From Sphyrna mokarran (Eukaryota): a stretch of DNA of 64,000 bases. The position numbers and the translations under genes were made by a program. The stretch covers positions 10,602,001 to 10,666,000 of the forward strand of contig JAGIQG010000023.1 of assembly GCA_024679065.1 (NCBI GenBank), read 5' to 3'. Shown piece after piece: positions 49,901-63,576 of the stretch (its first letter is position 1; every line of letters begins with the position of its first letter). The notes under the pieces are model-generated. The model was given only the letters and a program-made list of their open reading frames with translations, ran no database searches and was not told where the DNA came from.

Positions 49901-52900
49901 TAAGAATATATATATCTATACAACAAGGTCAGAATGAATTACAATGTGAATCTACTATTCGGCTCCATGGCTCCAACTGCAAAACATTCCTCAACCCGTG
50001 ATGCACACCCTCTTGCCGATTGGCTCAGCTTCCAGCCTTGAGAATCCACAGGGCCTGACCTGACCACATAACCCTCTAAACACTCCCCTACCCCAATTAA
50101 AGGACCACAATCCTTCCCCCTAAAATCTGAAATACAACAATGGAGGAATAAAGAACAGGAAAACTCAACAAAAATTTAAATCAGTCTGGAGGAATCCGGT
50201 CTCTGGTAGAGCTCCTCAATTCAGTGGTTTGCTCTCCTAAGCTTAAAGGGCCAGACAGGACAGACAAAAAGGCGGATTCATTAATCCAGGATCTGGTGGA
50301 TCTTCAGCAGCTTCTGGTTCCTCAGTTTCCACAGCCAGTGGTTGCTGCGCTCCCACATTCTCCACCAAAATCTCAGTAACCAACCCCGGCAAAGTTTAAC
50401 CAACTGCAGCGGGTGTCTGTTGATCCCCTGTGTCCATCACTCTCTTCTCCTTCAATGGTTTACCTGCTTCCTGAGCCGACAGCCTTGTATCTCCACAATG
50501 TCGGAGAACAGTCCTGTTCTCTTCATCAGCCACCCAGAACGGTGTAAAATTTGGAAACAGGACTGCATCCCCCACTTGAAATACAGTTTCCTTTTCTCGA
50601 ATTACTGTTTTTCTTCTGAACGACTACCCAAGCCTGCATGCTCCCTGCTAAATTTGGGAATATCATGTCCAATTGTGTTCTGAACTGGAATCCCATCTGC
50701 AACTCTGCTGGGGTCACCTCTGTGATCGTGTTTGGGGTACTGTTATAAGACAACAAAAAACTGTCCATATATAAAGGAAGAGGATAATTTATTTGTTTTT
50801 TTATTGATGACTTGAATGTTTGTACCTCACGCTCCACTGGTCCATTTGAGGCTGAGTGGGAAGGTGTTGACCTCACATGGTGAATGCCATTGGGCTCGAA
50901 GAATTTTTGGAATTCATCCACAGTGAATGATGTGCCATTGTCCGACACAACCACTTCCGGAATGTGGGAGGAAACCGGAGAACCAGAAGAAAACTCACAC
51001 AGACAGAGGGAGAACATGCAGACACAACACAGATATTGACCCAAGCTGAGAATTGAATCCTGGTCCCTGGCGCTAACCACTGTGCCACCATACCTTCCTG
51101 CAGTCATCACGAGAAACTCTAGCCACCTGCAGCAACACCCATCTTCACAGGGTATCTCCATCCTCCTGCTTTGGTAGGGTTTGAGCTACTCTGACTTATA
51201 TCACCACTTCATTACCATCTTCTTCACTTTTACCCTACCGGATCTCTTTTTCTCTACAGTTTTATATATTTCACAGAAACTGGCAAGGTCTCTGCCAGAT
51301 GCAGAGCCAGTATAATCTCTTGAGGAACCGGTGGTGGTGCAACTGTTTGTGGCAAAGGCAACAGCTAATTGTGTCTGCTCAGGGTATCTGCATTCCAGGG
51401 TGATGCTAAAACGTATAACTGTGCGCTGCAAACAAAGGAGCCCATCTCTGCATCCCTGCAGAGGCAATTAGTGGCACCAGCTTCTCTAAATAGACCTAAC
51501 AATGGCTTCTCATCTGAAACTATTGTAAAATGTCGCCCATAAATGATCACCTAGTTTTCCTCATCTATCTGGGAGTATTTCTTTTCCATATTTGATCATG
51601 TCCCGCTCTCTCACACACTCTCTCCGTCACACTCTCTCTCTCACTCCCTTGCTCACAAACTTTGTCACTCTCACTATCACACACACACATTCTATTTGTC
51701 TCTAATTTTCTCTCGCCATCACACATGCACTCTATCTTTCTCTCACTTTCTCTCACTCTCATCCCACACACACACACACAGTCTCTCGCTCTCTTCCAAA
51801 CTGCACACCCCCCGCCACATAAACATGTACACTCTCTCTTTCTCTCTCTCACACTTTCTTCCTCACACACACTCTCTCACTCCCACACACGCACACACTC
51901 ACTCACAGATACAAGGCTCTGCTCAATAGAGTCTCATTCCTGGGCCTTGTAACCAGCTCTCCTTCCCAGGCCCTCCTCACGCTTGTCCCCAGGCCCAGTT
52001 TGGAGATGCTGGAGTCGGGTTCCGGTGCACTCTGACAGCAACACCCCACTGCTGGAAGGGTAGGTTGAGAGGCAGTTGTGGGATTCTTGGGGATGGCACG
52101 GTGTCACAGTGGTTAGCATTGCTGTCTCACAGAACCAGGGAGCTGTGTTCAATTCCTGGCTTAGGTCACTGTCTGTCTGGAGTCTGCACATTCTCTCTGT
52201 ATCTACGTAGATTTCCTCTGGGTGCTCCAGTTTCCTCCCACAGACTGAAAGATGTGCTGGTTCAGTGCATTGGCCATCCTAAATTCTCCCTCAGTGTACC
52301 TGAACAGGCACTGGAGTGTGGTGACTAGGGGATTTCCACAGTAGCTTCATTGAGATGTTAATTTAAGCCTACTTCTGACAACAAGATAAATAAATAAATA
52401 AAATCAGAGTATTAATTAGAGAAATGAGGAGTTCCACTCAACTTCCATTTATCACTGATTAAGCCTCTGCTGGAGTAACTGGGTTCAATTCTGGATACCA
52501 CTCTCGACGAAGGAGGTTAAGGCCCTGCCAAGGGCACAGAGCAGATTCACCAGGATGGTGCCAGGGATGAGGGAATTTGGTTATGTGAACAGATTGGAGA
52601 AACTGTGATTATTGTCCTTGGAACAGAGCAGATTAAGGGGAAATCTAATCAATGGATTGAAAATGAGGAAGAGATTTAAAAGACAGTTGGATATGTGTTT
52701 GGAGGGGACTAATGTGCAGGGTTGTGGGGGTAGTTGGGCTGTGGATTCAATTGGACAATAAATTTCAATGAGCTGGCACAGACATGACAGGCCGAATGTC
52801 CTCCATCTCTGCTTTAAGATTCTTGATTCCGGTCTCACTCCGAACTTGTGTGTGTCCCCTTGTGAAGCACTGGCAGCATTGCACCAAAAGGATTGTCTAT

Positions 52901-55900
52901 AATTGGGTGTTGGGATATTTCCAGCTTTCTTAAAATGTTATGTTTTACCAACAGTTTTACGGACACAAACTGCTACGATAGAGATGAAAGCTGCAGTGGG
53001 AGAAACCATCACTGTGGAATGTTCACAGACCACACAGCACAAACCCCGAGAAATCTGGGGGTGTAAGGAAACTTCAGAAACTTATTGCAATCATATATTC
53101 AGAATTTATGGAGACAGAGTCAAGAACGTTGATGCAAGAACATCGATCGTTAATACCTATGGTAAAATTTCCATAACCATAAAACAACTTCAGGAGACAG
53201 ATAAAGGAACATACTGGTGTGGAGATCGATATGAAAACTCTCTCCGTGTTTTAGATGCTGTAATACTGCAGGTTTTCCCAGGTAAGAATATTTCAGAAGA
53301 TTGATTTTAGCTCTGATAATGTGATCTGGCTGCAATAATACAGGACAGCTGCTGTGTGCTGTGTGAACTCAGATTAATAAAATATCACAATTCCTCATGT
53401 ACAAGTAGTGACTTCCCATATTCCCATTTCTATCCATTTCCATTAACCTATTTCTGCATCCTTTCTATCTATATTCTTACAAACCAAAAATTATATTCCA
53501 CCCAAGGCTCTTTTATTGATTCTTTCATGTGATGTGAGTTTCTGGAACAGCAATTATTGAACATCCTTAATTATCCTTGACCTGTCTTCTTCAAACACTG
53601 CAGCTCATGAAGTGTACGTACACCCACAGTGATGTTAGGGAGGGAGTTCCAGAATTGAACCAGTGTCAGTGAAGGAACAGTGATATATTCCCCAGTCTGG
53701 ATGGTGTGTGTTTTGGAAGGAAGCTTGTCAGTGGCGATTGTCCCATGCACCCACTTCTCTCCTCCTTCTAGGTGTTAGATGTTGCAGGTTTGGAAGGAGA
53801 TTTAATTCATTGCTTTCTATCTCCATAGTAACTTGTAATAGATCGAGGGCAAGTCAATGTGGCTTGAATCAATAAAGGCTTTATTTCCGACAATATGACA
53901 TACTTGCTTCATCGGACTGGGCATCGAATATTAAAGATGGCAAGTTATGTTACAGTTGTATAAAATATTGGTTAGGCCACATTTAGAACGCTGTGTCCAA
54001 TTCTGGTTACCACACCATCAGAAGGAAATGGATTCTTTGGAGAGAATGTGGAAAAGGTTTACCAAGATGTTGCCTGGTATGGAAGTTACTAGCTATGAGG
54101 AGAGATTGAATAAACTGGGATTGTTCTCCCTGGAAAGATGGAGGCTGAGAGACGACCTGGTAGAAGTTTATAAAATTATGAGCCGATAGATAGGGTAAAC
54201 AGTTGAAAGCTATTTCGCAGGACAGAAAGGACAATTACAAGGGGGCACAAGTTCAAGATATGGGGGGAAAGGTTCAGTGGAAATATGCAGGGGAAGTTTT
54301 TTATACAAAGGATGCTGGAGATCTGGAATGCACTGCCAATGAGGTGGTTGACGCACATTCAAGACTTATATCGATTAGCTTCGGAACAAACGGGGGAATA
54401 GAAGGAGAGGAGCAATGGGTTTAGATAGGTAAAGATGATTGGCAAAGACATGGAAGGCCAAAGGGCCTGTTCCTGTGCTGAACTGTTCTTTGGTCTTTAT
54501 AATTAAAAAAAACACAACAGGGTCAGACTGAATTACAATGCAAATCTAACATTCGGCTCCCTGGCTCCAATTGCAAGACATTCTCAACCCCTGGTACCCT
54601 CTTACCCATTTGCTCAAATTCCAGGCTTGAGAATCCACAGGGCCTGACACAATCACATGACCTCCTATACACTCTCCCACCCCAGTTAAAGGGCCACAAT
54701 CCTTCCCCCTAAATCTGAAGTACAATTACGGAGGAATAAAGAATAGAATTAGTGTTAAGGCAAAAAGAGTAAGAGAAATGGAAAACCCATTAAAGGTTTA
54801 ATCAGTCTGGAGGAATCCGGTCCCTGGTAGAGTGCCTCAGTTCAGGGGTTTGCTCTCCTAAGTTTAAAGGGCCAGAGAGGACAGATGAGAAAAGCAGATA
54901 CATTAATCCAGGATCTGGTGGATCTTCAGCAGCTTCTGGTTCCTCAGTTTCCACAGCCAGCGGTTGCTGTGCTCCCACGTTCTCCAGCAAAATCCCAGTA
55001 ACCAACCCCGGCAAAGTTCAACCAACTGCAGGGAGCGCCTGATGATCCTCTGTGTCCATCACTCTCTCCTCCTTCGATGGTCCACCTGCTTCCTGAGCCG
55101 ACAGCCTTGTATCTCCACAACTTTACCAGCCACTCAGGAACAGGCCTGGTGTTAATTTGGAAACAAGACTGCATCCCCGCTTAAAACACTCTGTTTCCTT
55201 TTCTCCTTCTGAAAGACTAGCCTAGCCTGCACACTCTCTGCAAAATTTCAGAATATCATATCCAGTTGTGTTTTTAACTGGCATCGCATCAGGAAATCCA
55301 CTAGAGTAAGCCCTGTGCTCACGCTTGGGATGGTGTTATAAGCTAACAAAAAACTGTCCATATGTAAAGGAAGAGGACAGTTTATTTGTTGTTTAATTGA
55401 TGGCTAACATACGAGGAGAGACTGTATAGGCTAGGTTTGTACTTTGGAGTTTAGAAGGCTGAGAGGGGATCTTATGGAGTTGTATAAGATAATGAAGGGA
55501 ATGGATAGGGTAGAGGTTGAGAGACACTTCCGGCTTAGCAAAGATAGCAGGACTAGAGAGCACAGCCTCAAGATTAAGGGGGTTGCAGTTCAGATCAGGG
55601 TTTCTTCAAGCACAGGGTGGTGAATCTTTGGAATTCTCTGCCTGATGAGGTGGTGGAGGCTTCCTCGCTGAATATATTCAAGTCAAGAGTGGATAGGTTT
55701 TTGATTGACAAGGGAACTAAAGGTTACGGGGAGAAAGCGGGAAAGTGGTACTGAACCACTACAGATCAGCCATGATTTAATTGAATGGCGGGGCAGGCTC
55801 GAGGGGCTGGATGGCCTATTCCTGCTCCTATTTCTTATGTTCTTATTCATATGTTTGTACCGCACGTTCCACCGGTCCATCTGAGGCTGGGTGGGAAGGT

Positions 55901-58900
55901 GTTGACCTCACATGGTGAATGCCATTAGGCTCCAGGAATTTTTGGAATTCTTCCACAGTGAATGGTGTGCCATTGTCCGACACAACCACTTCCGAATGCC
56001 ATGGATAGCAGAGAATTTCCACACTCTATCAATTGTGCCCATGGTTGTTGGGGACTTCATCAACTGCACATCCAACCACAACTAATATAAGAAACATGTG
56101 ACCCCGAAATGGCCCGGGCAAAATCTACATTTAACTTCCACCAAGCTTGACCAGGCCATTCCCAATGATGCAAATTCACCTGTGATGGTAAAGCCCATTG
56201 ATCTTCGTAACTCGGGCATTGACGAACCATCTGTTCTGTTTCCTTGCCAATGCCTGGTGAAAACACATATGCCTGGGGCCTTCATTCTACTTTGACCTGG
56301 AAAAGAGTGAGGCAGTTCTTGTAACAGGAATTAAAGATAAAGTCACACGTAGGCTTACATTCACGCTGCAATGGAGTTACTATGAAAATCCCCTGGTTGC
56401 CACAATGCAGCACCTATTTGGGGACACAGAGAGAATTTAGCGTGGCCAATTCACCTAACCAGCACATCTTTGGAGTGTAGAAGGAAACCGGAGCACTTGG
56501 AGGAAACCCACACAGACACGGGAAGAACATGCAGACACGGCACAAACAGTGACCCAAGCTGGGAATCAAACCTTGATCCCTGACACTGTGACGCAGCAGT
56601 GCTAACCATTGTGCCACCGTACTTTCCTGGAGTCATCTCCCCAGGAGTGGTACAAGAAAGTCTAGCCACCTGCAGCGACACCCCATCTTCACAGGGTATC
56701 TCCATCCTTCTGCTTTGGTCGGGTTTGAGCTACTCTGACTTATATCACCATTTTTGCATTACCGTCTTCTTCACTTTTGACCACATCGGATCTATTTTTC
56801 TCCACAGTTTTATATGTTTTGCCAAGACTGGCAAGTTCCCTACCAGATACAGAGCCAGTATAATCTCTTGTGGAACCGGTGGTGGTGCGACTGTTTGCGG
56901 TAAAGACATCGGCTAATTGTGTCTGCTCGGGATATCTGCATTCCAGGGTGATGCTGAAACGTATAACTGTACGCTGCAAACAAAGGAGCCCATCTCTGCA
57001 TCCCTGCGGAGGCAATTAGAGGCACCGGCTTCTCTAAATAGACCTAACAATGGCTTCTCATCTGAAACTATTGTAAAATGTCACCCATAAATGATCACCT
57101 AGTTTTCCTCGTCTATTTGGGAGTATTCCGTTTCCACATTTGATCACGTCCCTCTCTCACATCCACACTCTCCCTCTCATTCTCTCTCCCTCTCACTCTC
57201 CTCCAAATCCTCTCTCTCCACACACTCTCTCCTCTTTCTCTCTCTCTCCTCTTTCTCTCTCTCTCACTCACTCTCTCCCTCATACACACTCTCTCTCACT
57301 CCCACACACACTCACTCACAGATACAGGGCTCTGCTCAATAGAGTCTCATTCCTGGGCCTTGTAGTCAGCTCTCTTCCCCAGGGCCTCCTCACACTTGTC
57401 CCCAGGGCCAGTTTGGAGACGCTAGAGTTGGGTTCCGATGCATTTTGACAGCAACACCACCCAGTGGAAGGATAGGTTGAGATGCAGGGATTCTTGGGGA
57501 TGGCACGATGTCACAGTGGTTAGCGCTGCTGTCTCACAGAACCAGGGACCTGTGTTCAATTCCTGGCTTGGGTCACTGTCTGTCTGGAGTCTGCACATTC
57601 TCCCCATGTTTGCGTGGGTTTCCTCTGGGTGCTCCGGTTTGCTCCCACAGACTGAAAGGTGTGCTGCTTCAGTGTATTGGCCATCCTAAATTCTCCTCAG
57701 TGTACCTGAACAGGCGCTGGAGTGTGGCAACTAGGGGATTTCCACAGTAGCTTCAATGAGGTGTTAAGTTAAGCCTAATTCTGACAACATGATAAATAAA
57801 TAAATAAATAAAATCGGAGTATTAATTAGAGATTTGAGGAGTTCCACTGAACTTTTACTAATCACTGATTAGGTCTCTGCTGGAATACTGGGTTCAATCT
57901 GGGCACCACACTCGAGAAAGGAGGTTAAGGCCCTGCCAAGGGCACAGAGCAGATTCACCAGGATGGTGCCAGGGATGAGGGAGTTTGGTTATGTGAACAG
58001 ATTGGAGAAACTGTGATTATTGTCCTTGGAACAGAGCAGATTAAGGGGAAATCTAATCAATGGATTGAAAATGAGGAGAGATTTAAAAGACAGTTGGATA
58101 CGTGTTTGGAGGGGACCAACATGCAGGGTTGTGGGGGACGTTGGGCTGTGGGATTCAATTGGACAATAAATTTCAATGAGCTAGCACAGACATGACAGGC
58201 CAAATGTCCTCCATCTCTGCTTTAAGATTCTTGATTCCAGTCCCACCCAGGGCTTGTGTGTGTCCCCTTGTGAAGCACTGGCAGCATTGCACCAAAAGGA
58301 TTGTCTATAATTGGGTGTTGGGATATCTCCAGCTTTCTTAAAACATTATGTTTCACCAACAGTTTTACAGACACAAGCTGCCTCGATAGTGATGAAAGCT
58401 GCAGTGGGAGAAACCATCACTGTGGAATGTCCACAGACAACACAGTACCAATACCTTGAAATCTGGGGGTGTAAGCAAACTTCAGAAACTTATTGCAATC
58501 GTATATTGAGAACTTATGGAGTCAGAGTCAAGAATGTTGATGCAAGAACATCGATCGCTAATACCAACGATAAAATTTCCATAATCATACAACGACTTCA
58601 GGAGACAGATACAGGAACATACTGGTGTGGAGTTCGACATGAAAACTCTCTCCGTGTTTTAGATGTTATAACACTGAAGGTTTTCTCAGGTAAGAATATT
58701 TCAGAAGATTGATTTTAGCTCTGATAATGTGATCCAGCTGCAATAACACAGGGCTGCTGCTGTGTGCTGTGTGAACTCAGATTAATAAAATATCACAACT
58801 TCTCATGTACAAGTAGTGACTTCCCATATTCCCATTTCTATCCATTTCCATTAACCTATTTGCAAATCCTTTCCGTTTATATTCTTACAAACCAAAAATC

Positions 58901-61900
58901 ATATTCCACCCAAGGCTCCTCTGTTGATTCTTTCATGTGATGTGAATGTCTGGAACAGCAATTACTGAACATCCCTAATTATCCTTGACCTGCCTTCTTG
59001 AATCACTACAGCTCATGAAGTGTACGTACATCCACATTGCTGTTAGGGAGGGAGTTCCAGAATTGAACCAGTGTTAGTGAAGGAACAGCGATATATTCCC
59101 CAGTCTGGATGGTGTGTGTTTTGGAGGGAAGCGTGTCAGTGGTGGCGTTCCCATGCATCCGCTTCTCTCCTCCTCCTAATTCCTCTTCCTTTAATTCATT
59201 GCTTTCTATCTCCATAGTAACTTGAAATAGCTCAAGAGCCACTCAATGTGGCTTGAATCAATAAAGGGGCTTTATTTCCGACAATATGGCATGCTTGCCT
59301 TCATTAAACTGACTATCAAGTATTAAAGTTGGCAAATTATGTTACAGTTGTATAAAATATTAGTTAGGCCACATTTAGAACGCTGTGTCCAATTTTGGTG
59401 ACCACAAAACCAGAAGGATGTGGAGACTATGGACAAAGTGTGGAAAAGGTTTACCAGGATGTTGCCGGGTATGGACGGTACTAGCTATGAGGAGAGATTG
59501 AATAAACTGGGATTGTTCTCCCTGGAAAGATGGAGGCTGAGGGACGACCTGGTAGAAGTTTATAAAATTATGAGCGTATAGATCGGGTGAACAGTTGAAA
59601 GCTATTTCCCAGGACAGAAAGGACAATTACAAGAGGGCACAAGTTCAAGATATGGGGGGAAAGGTTCAATGGAAATATGCAGGGGAAGTTTTTTATACAG
59701 GGGGTGGTGGAGATCTGCAATTCATTGTAAATGAGGTGGTTGAGGCACATTTAAGACTTATATTGATAAGCTTACGAACAAACAGGGAATAGAGGGAGAG
59801 AAGCAATGGGTCTAGATAGGTAAAGATGATTGGCAAAGGCATGGAAGGGCCGAAGGGCCTGTTCCTGTGCTGAACTGTTCTTTGTCCTTTATAATTAAGA
59901 AATTATATACACACAACAGGGTCAGACTGAATTACATTGCAAATCTAACACTCAGCTCCCTGGCTCCAATTGCAAGACATTCTCAACCCCTGGTACCCTC
60001 TTACCCATTTGTTCAGCTTCCAGTCTTGAGAATCCACACAGCCTGATACAATCACATGACCTCGTATACACTCTCCCACCCCAATTAAAGGGCCACAATC
60101 CTTCCCCCTAAATCTGAAGTACAATTACGGAGGAATAAAGAACAGAATTAGTGTTTTAACTGAAAAGAGTAAGAGAAATGGAAAGCCCATTAAAGGTTTA
60201 ATCAGTCTGGAGGAATCCGGTCCCTGGTAGAGCGCCTCAGTTCAGGGGTTTGCTCTGTTAAGTTTAAAGGACCAGACAGGATAGACGAGAAAGGCAGACT
60301 CAATAATCCAGGATCTGGTGGATCTTTAGCAGCTTCTGGTTCCTCAGTCTCCACAGCCACGTGCTGCGCTCCCACGTTCTCCAGCAAAATCCCAGTAACC
60401 AACTCCGGCAAAGTTCAACCAACTGCAGGGAGCGCCTGATGATCCTCTGTGTCCATCACTCTCTCCTCCTTCGATGGTCCACCTGCTTCCTGAGCCGACA
60501 GCCTTGTATCTCCACAACTTTACCAGCCACTCAGGAACAGGCCTGGTGTTAATTTGGAAACAAGACTGCATCCCCGCTTAAAACGCTCTGTTTCCTTTTC
60601 TCCTTCTGAAAGACTAGCCTAGCCTGCACACTCTCTGCAAAATTTCGGAATATCATATCCAGTTGTGTTCTTAACTGGCATCGCATCAGCATCTCCACTG
60701 GAATAACCCCTGTGCTCACGTTTGGGGTGATGTTATAAGACAACAAAAAACTGTCCATACGTAAAGGTAGAGGACAGTTTATTTGTTTTTTCATTGATGG
60801 CTAGCATGTTTGTACCACACACTCTACTGGTTCATCTGAGGCTGGGTGGGAAGGTGTTGACCTCACATCAACATTAGGCTCCAGGAACTTTTGGAATTCT
60901 TCCACAGTGAATGATGTCCCTTTGTCTGACACAACCACTTCCAGAATGCCATGGACAGCAGAGAATTTCCACACTCTATCAATGGTGCCCATGGTTGTTG
61001 GGGACTTCATCAACTGCACATCCAACCACAACTAATATAAGAAACATATGACCCAGAAATGGCCCGGGCAAAATCTACATTTAACTTCCACCAAGGTTGA
61101 CCAGGCCATTCCCAATGATGCAAATTCACCTGTGATGGTAAAACCCATTGATCTTCGTAACTCGGGCATTGATGAACCATCCGTTCTATTTCTTTGCCAA
61201 TGCCTGGTGAAAACACATATGCCTGGGGCCCTCATTCTACTTTGACCTGGATGAGAGTGGTGTAGTCCTTCTAACAGGAATTAAAGTTAAAGTCACAAGT
61301 AGTTACATTCACACTGCAGTGGAGTTACTATGAAAATCCTCTAATTGCCACAATCCAGCGCCTGTTTGGGTACACTGAGAGACAATTTAGCGTGGCCAAT
61401 TCACCTAACCAGCACATCTTTGGAGTGTAGAAGGAAACCGGAGCGCCTGGAGGAAACCCACACAGACACGGGAAGAACATGCAGACATGACACAGACCGG
61501 GAATCGAACCCTGGTCTCTGACACTGTGACGTAGCAGTGCTAACCATTGTGCCACCATACCTTCCTGGAGTCATCTCCCCAGGAGTGGTGCAAGAAATTC
61601 TAGCCACCTGCAGCAACACCCCATCTTCACAGGGTATCTCCATCCTTCTACTTTGGTAGGGTTTGAGCTCCTCTGACTTATATCACCACTTTTGCGTTAC
61701 CGTCTTCTTCACTTTTGACCACACCGGATCTATTTTTCTCTACTGTTTTATATGTTTTGCTAAGACTGGCAAGGACTCTACCAGATGCAGATATTAATCT
61801 CTTGTAGAACCGGTGGTGCGACTGTTTGTGGCAATGACAACGGCTAATTGCGTCTGCTCGGGATATCTGCATTCCAGGGTGATGCTGAAACGTATAACTG

Positions 61901-63576
61901 TACGCTGCAAACAAAGGAGTCCATCTCTGCATCCCTGCGGAGGCAATTAGTGGCACCGGATTCTCCAAATAGCCTTAACAATGGCTTCTCATCTGAAACT
62001 ATTGTAAAATGTCACCCATAAATGATCACCTAGTTTTCCTCATCTATCTGGTAGTATTCCGTTTCCACATTTGATCATGTCCCTCTCTCACACACACTTT
62101 CCGTCTCCCTCTCTCTCCCTCTCACTCTCCTCCAAATCCTCTCCCTCCACATACAATGCACACACACTCTCTCTCTTTCTCTCTCTCTCACTCACTCTCT
62201 CCCTCATACACACTCTCTCTCACTCCCACACTCACTCACTCACAGATACAGGGCTCTGCTCAACACAGTCTCATTCCTGGGCCTGGAGCAGCTCTACACC
62301 GCAGGCTCTCCTCTCATGCTTGTCCCCAGGCCCAGTTTGGAGATGCTGGAGTTGGGTTCCGATGCACTCTGACAGCAAAACCCCACTGGTAGAAGGGCAG
62401 GTTGAGAGGCAGTTGTGGGATTCTTGGGGATGGCACAATGTCACAGTGTTAGTGCTGCTGTCTCACAGCACCAGAGACCTGGGTTGAATTCCTGGCTTGA
62501 GTCACTCTCTGTGTGGAGTCTGCACATTCTCCCTGTATCTGTGTGGGTTTCCTCTGGGTGCTCTGGTTTCCTCCCACAGACTGAAAGACATGCTGGTTCA
62601 ATGCATTGGCCATCCTAAATTCTCCCTCAGTGTACCTGAACAGGCGCTGGAATGTGACGACTACGGGATTTCCACATTAGCTTCATTGCGATGTTAATGT
62701 AAGCCCACTTCTGACAGTAAGATAAATAAATAAATAAAATTGGAGTATTAATTAGAGAGATTTGGTCTCTGCTGGAGTACTGGGTTCAATTCTGATCATC
62801 ACACTCAAGGAAGGAGGTTAAGGCTTTGGCAAGGGCACAGAGCAGATTTACCAGGATGGTGCTTGTAATGGGGGATTTTGGGTATGTGGACAGATTGGAG
62901 AAACTGTGATTATTGGGCTTGGAACAGAACAGATTAAAGGGAAATCTAATTGATGAATTGAAACTGAGGAAGGGATTTAAAAGGCAGTTGGATATGTGTT
63001 TGGAGGGGACTAATGTGCAAGTTTGTGGGGGAAGTTGGGCTGTGGGATTCAATTGGACAATAAATTTCAATGAGCTAGCACAGACACGACAGGCTGAATG
63101 TCCTCCATCTCTGCTTTAAGATTCTTGACTCCAGTCCCACCCAGAACTTGTGTGTGTTCCCTTGTGAAGCACTGGCAGCATTGCACCAAAAGGATTGTCT
63201 ACAGTTGGGATAACTCCTGCTTTCTTAAAACGTTATGTTTCACCCACAGTTTTACGGACACAAACTGCCTCGATAGTGATGAAAGCTGCAGTGGGAGAAA
63301 CCGTCACTGTGGAATGTCCACAGGCAACACGGCACAAACAACGAGAAATCTGGTGGTGTAAGGAAACTTCAGATAATAATTGCAATCTGATATCGTGCAC
63401 TCATGGAGATCGCATCAGAAATGATGATGGAAGAACATCGATTGTTAATACCGATGGCAAAATTTCTGTAAATATACTACAACTTAAGGAAACCGATACA
63501 GGAACATACTGGTGTGAACCTCCATATCAAAACACATCACAGATTTCAGATGTTATATTACTGAAGGTTTTCTCAG
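43881..63576 (+). CDS. Gene C (5' part; continues beyond window): paralogous receptor, leader + at least 4 distal V-Ig exons
   Basis: Exons 43881-43920, 48358-48681, 52955-53281, 58363-58689 and 63250-63576; all open and phase 1-1. Confidence 0.85.
46025..47320. repeat. Degenerate (CA)n/(CT)n microsatellite tract containing a 138-N gap (46409-46546)
   Basis: Direct inspection. Confidence 0.97.
48358..48681 (+). CDS. Gene C Ig exon D1
   Basis: Protein identical to gene B D1; same splice sites. Confidence 0.92.
49253..51590 (-). mobile_element. Gypsy remnant, cassette copy with internal deletion near 50963
   Basis: Homologous LTR and integrase; RNase H motif [18 protein letters not shown] (ORF 51365..51550). 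Confidence 0.88.
52955..53281 (+). CDS. Gene C extra Ig exon D1b (no counterpart in gene B)
   Basis: Open 327-nt exon TITVECSQ...[11 protein letters not shown]...[18 protein letters not shown]; ccaacag| and CCAG|GTAAGA. Confidence 0.92.
53858..57135 (-). mobile_element. Gypsy remnant, cassette copy with an extra CR1 insertion
   Basis: LTR 53858-54698 and integrase fragments. Confidence 0.88.
55412..55847 (+). mobile_element. CR1 LINE 3' fragment unique to the D1b cassette
   Basis: [10 protein letters not shown]...[20 protein letters not shown]; TTCTTATG tail; flanked by CATA on both sides. Confidence 0.9.
58363..58689 (+). CDS. Gene C Ig exon D2
   Basis: Three amino-acid differences from gene B D2. 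Confidence 0.92.
59247..62070 (-). mobile_element. Gypsy remnant, cassette copy
   Basis: LTR 59247-60097 and integrase fragments. Confidence 0.88.
63250..63576 (+). CDS. Gene C Ig exon D3
   Basis: Two amino-acid differences from gene B D3 (R>C, S>R). Confidence 0.9.
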
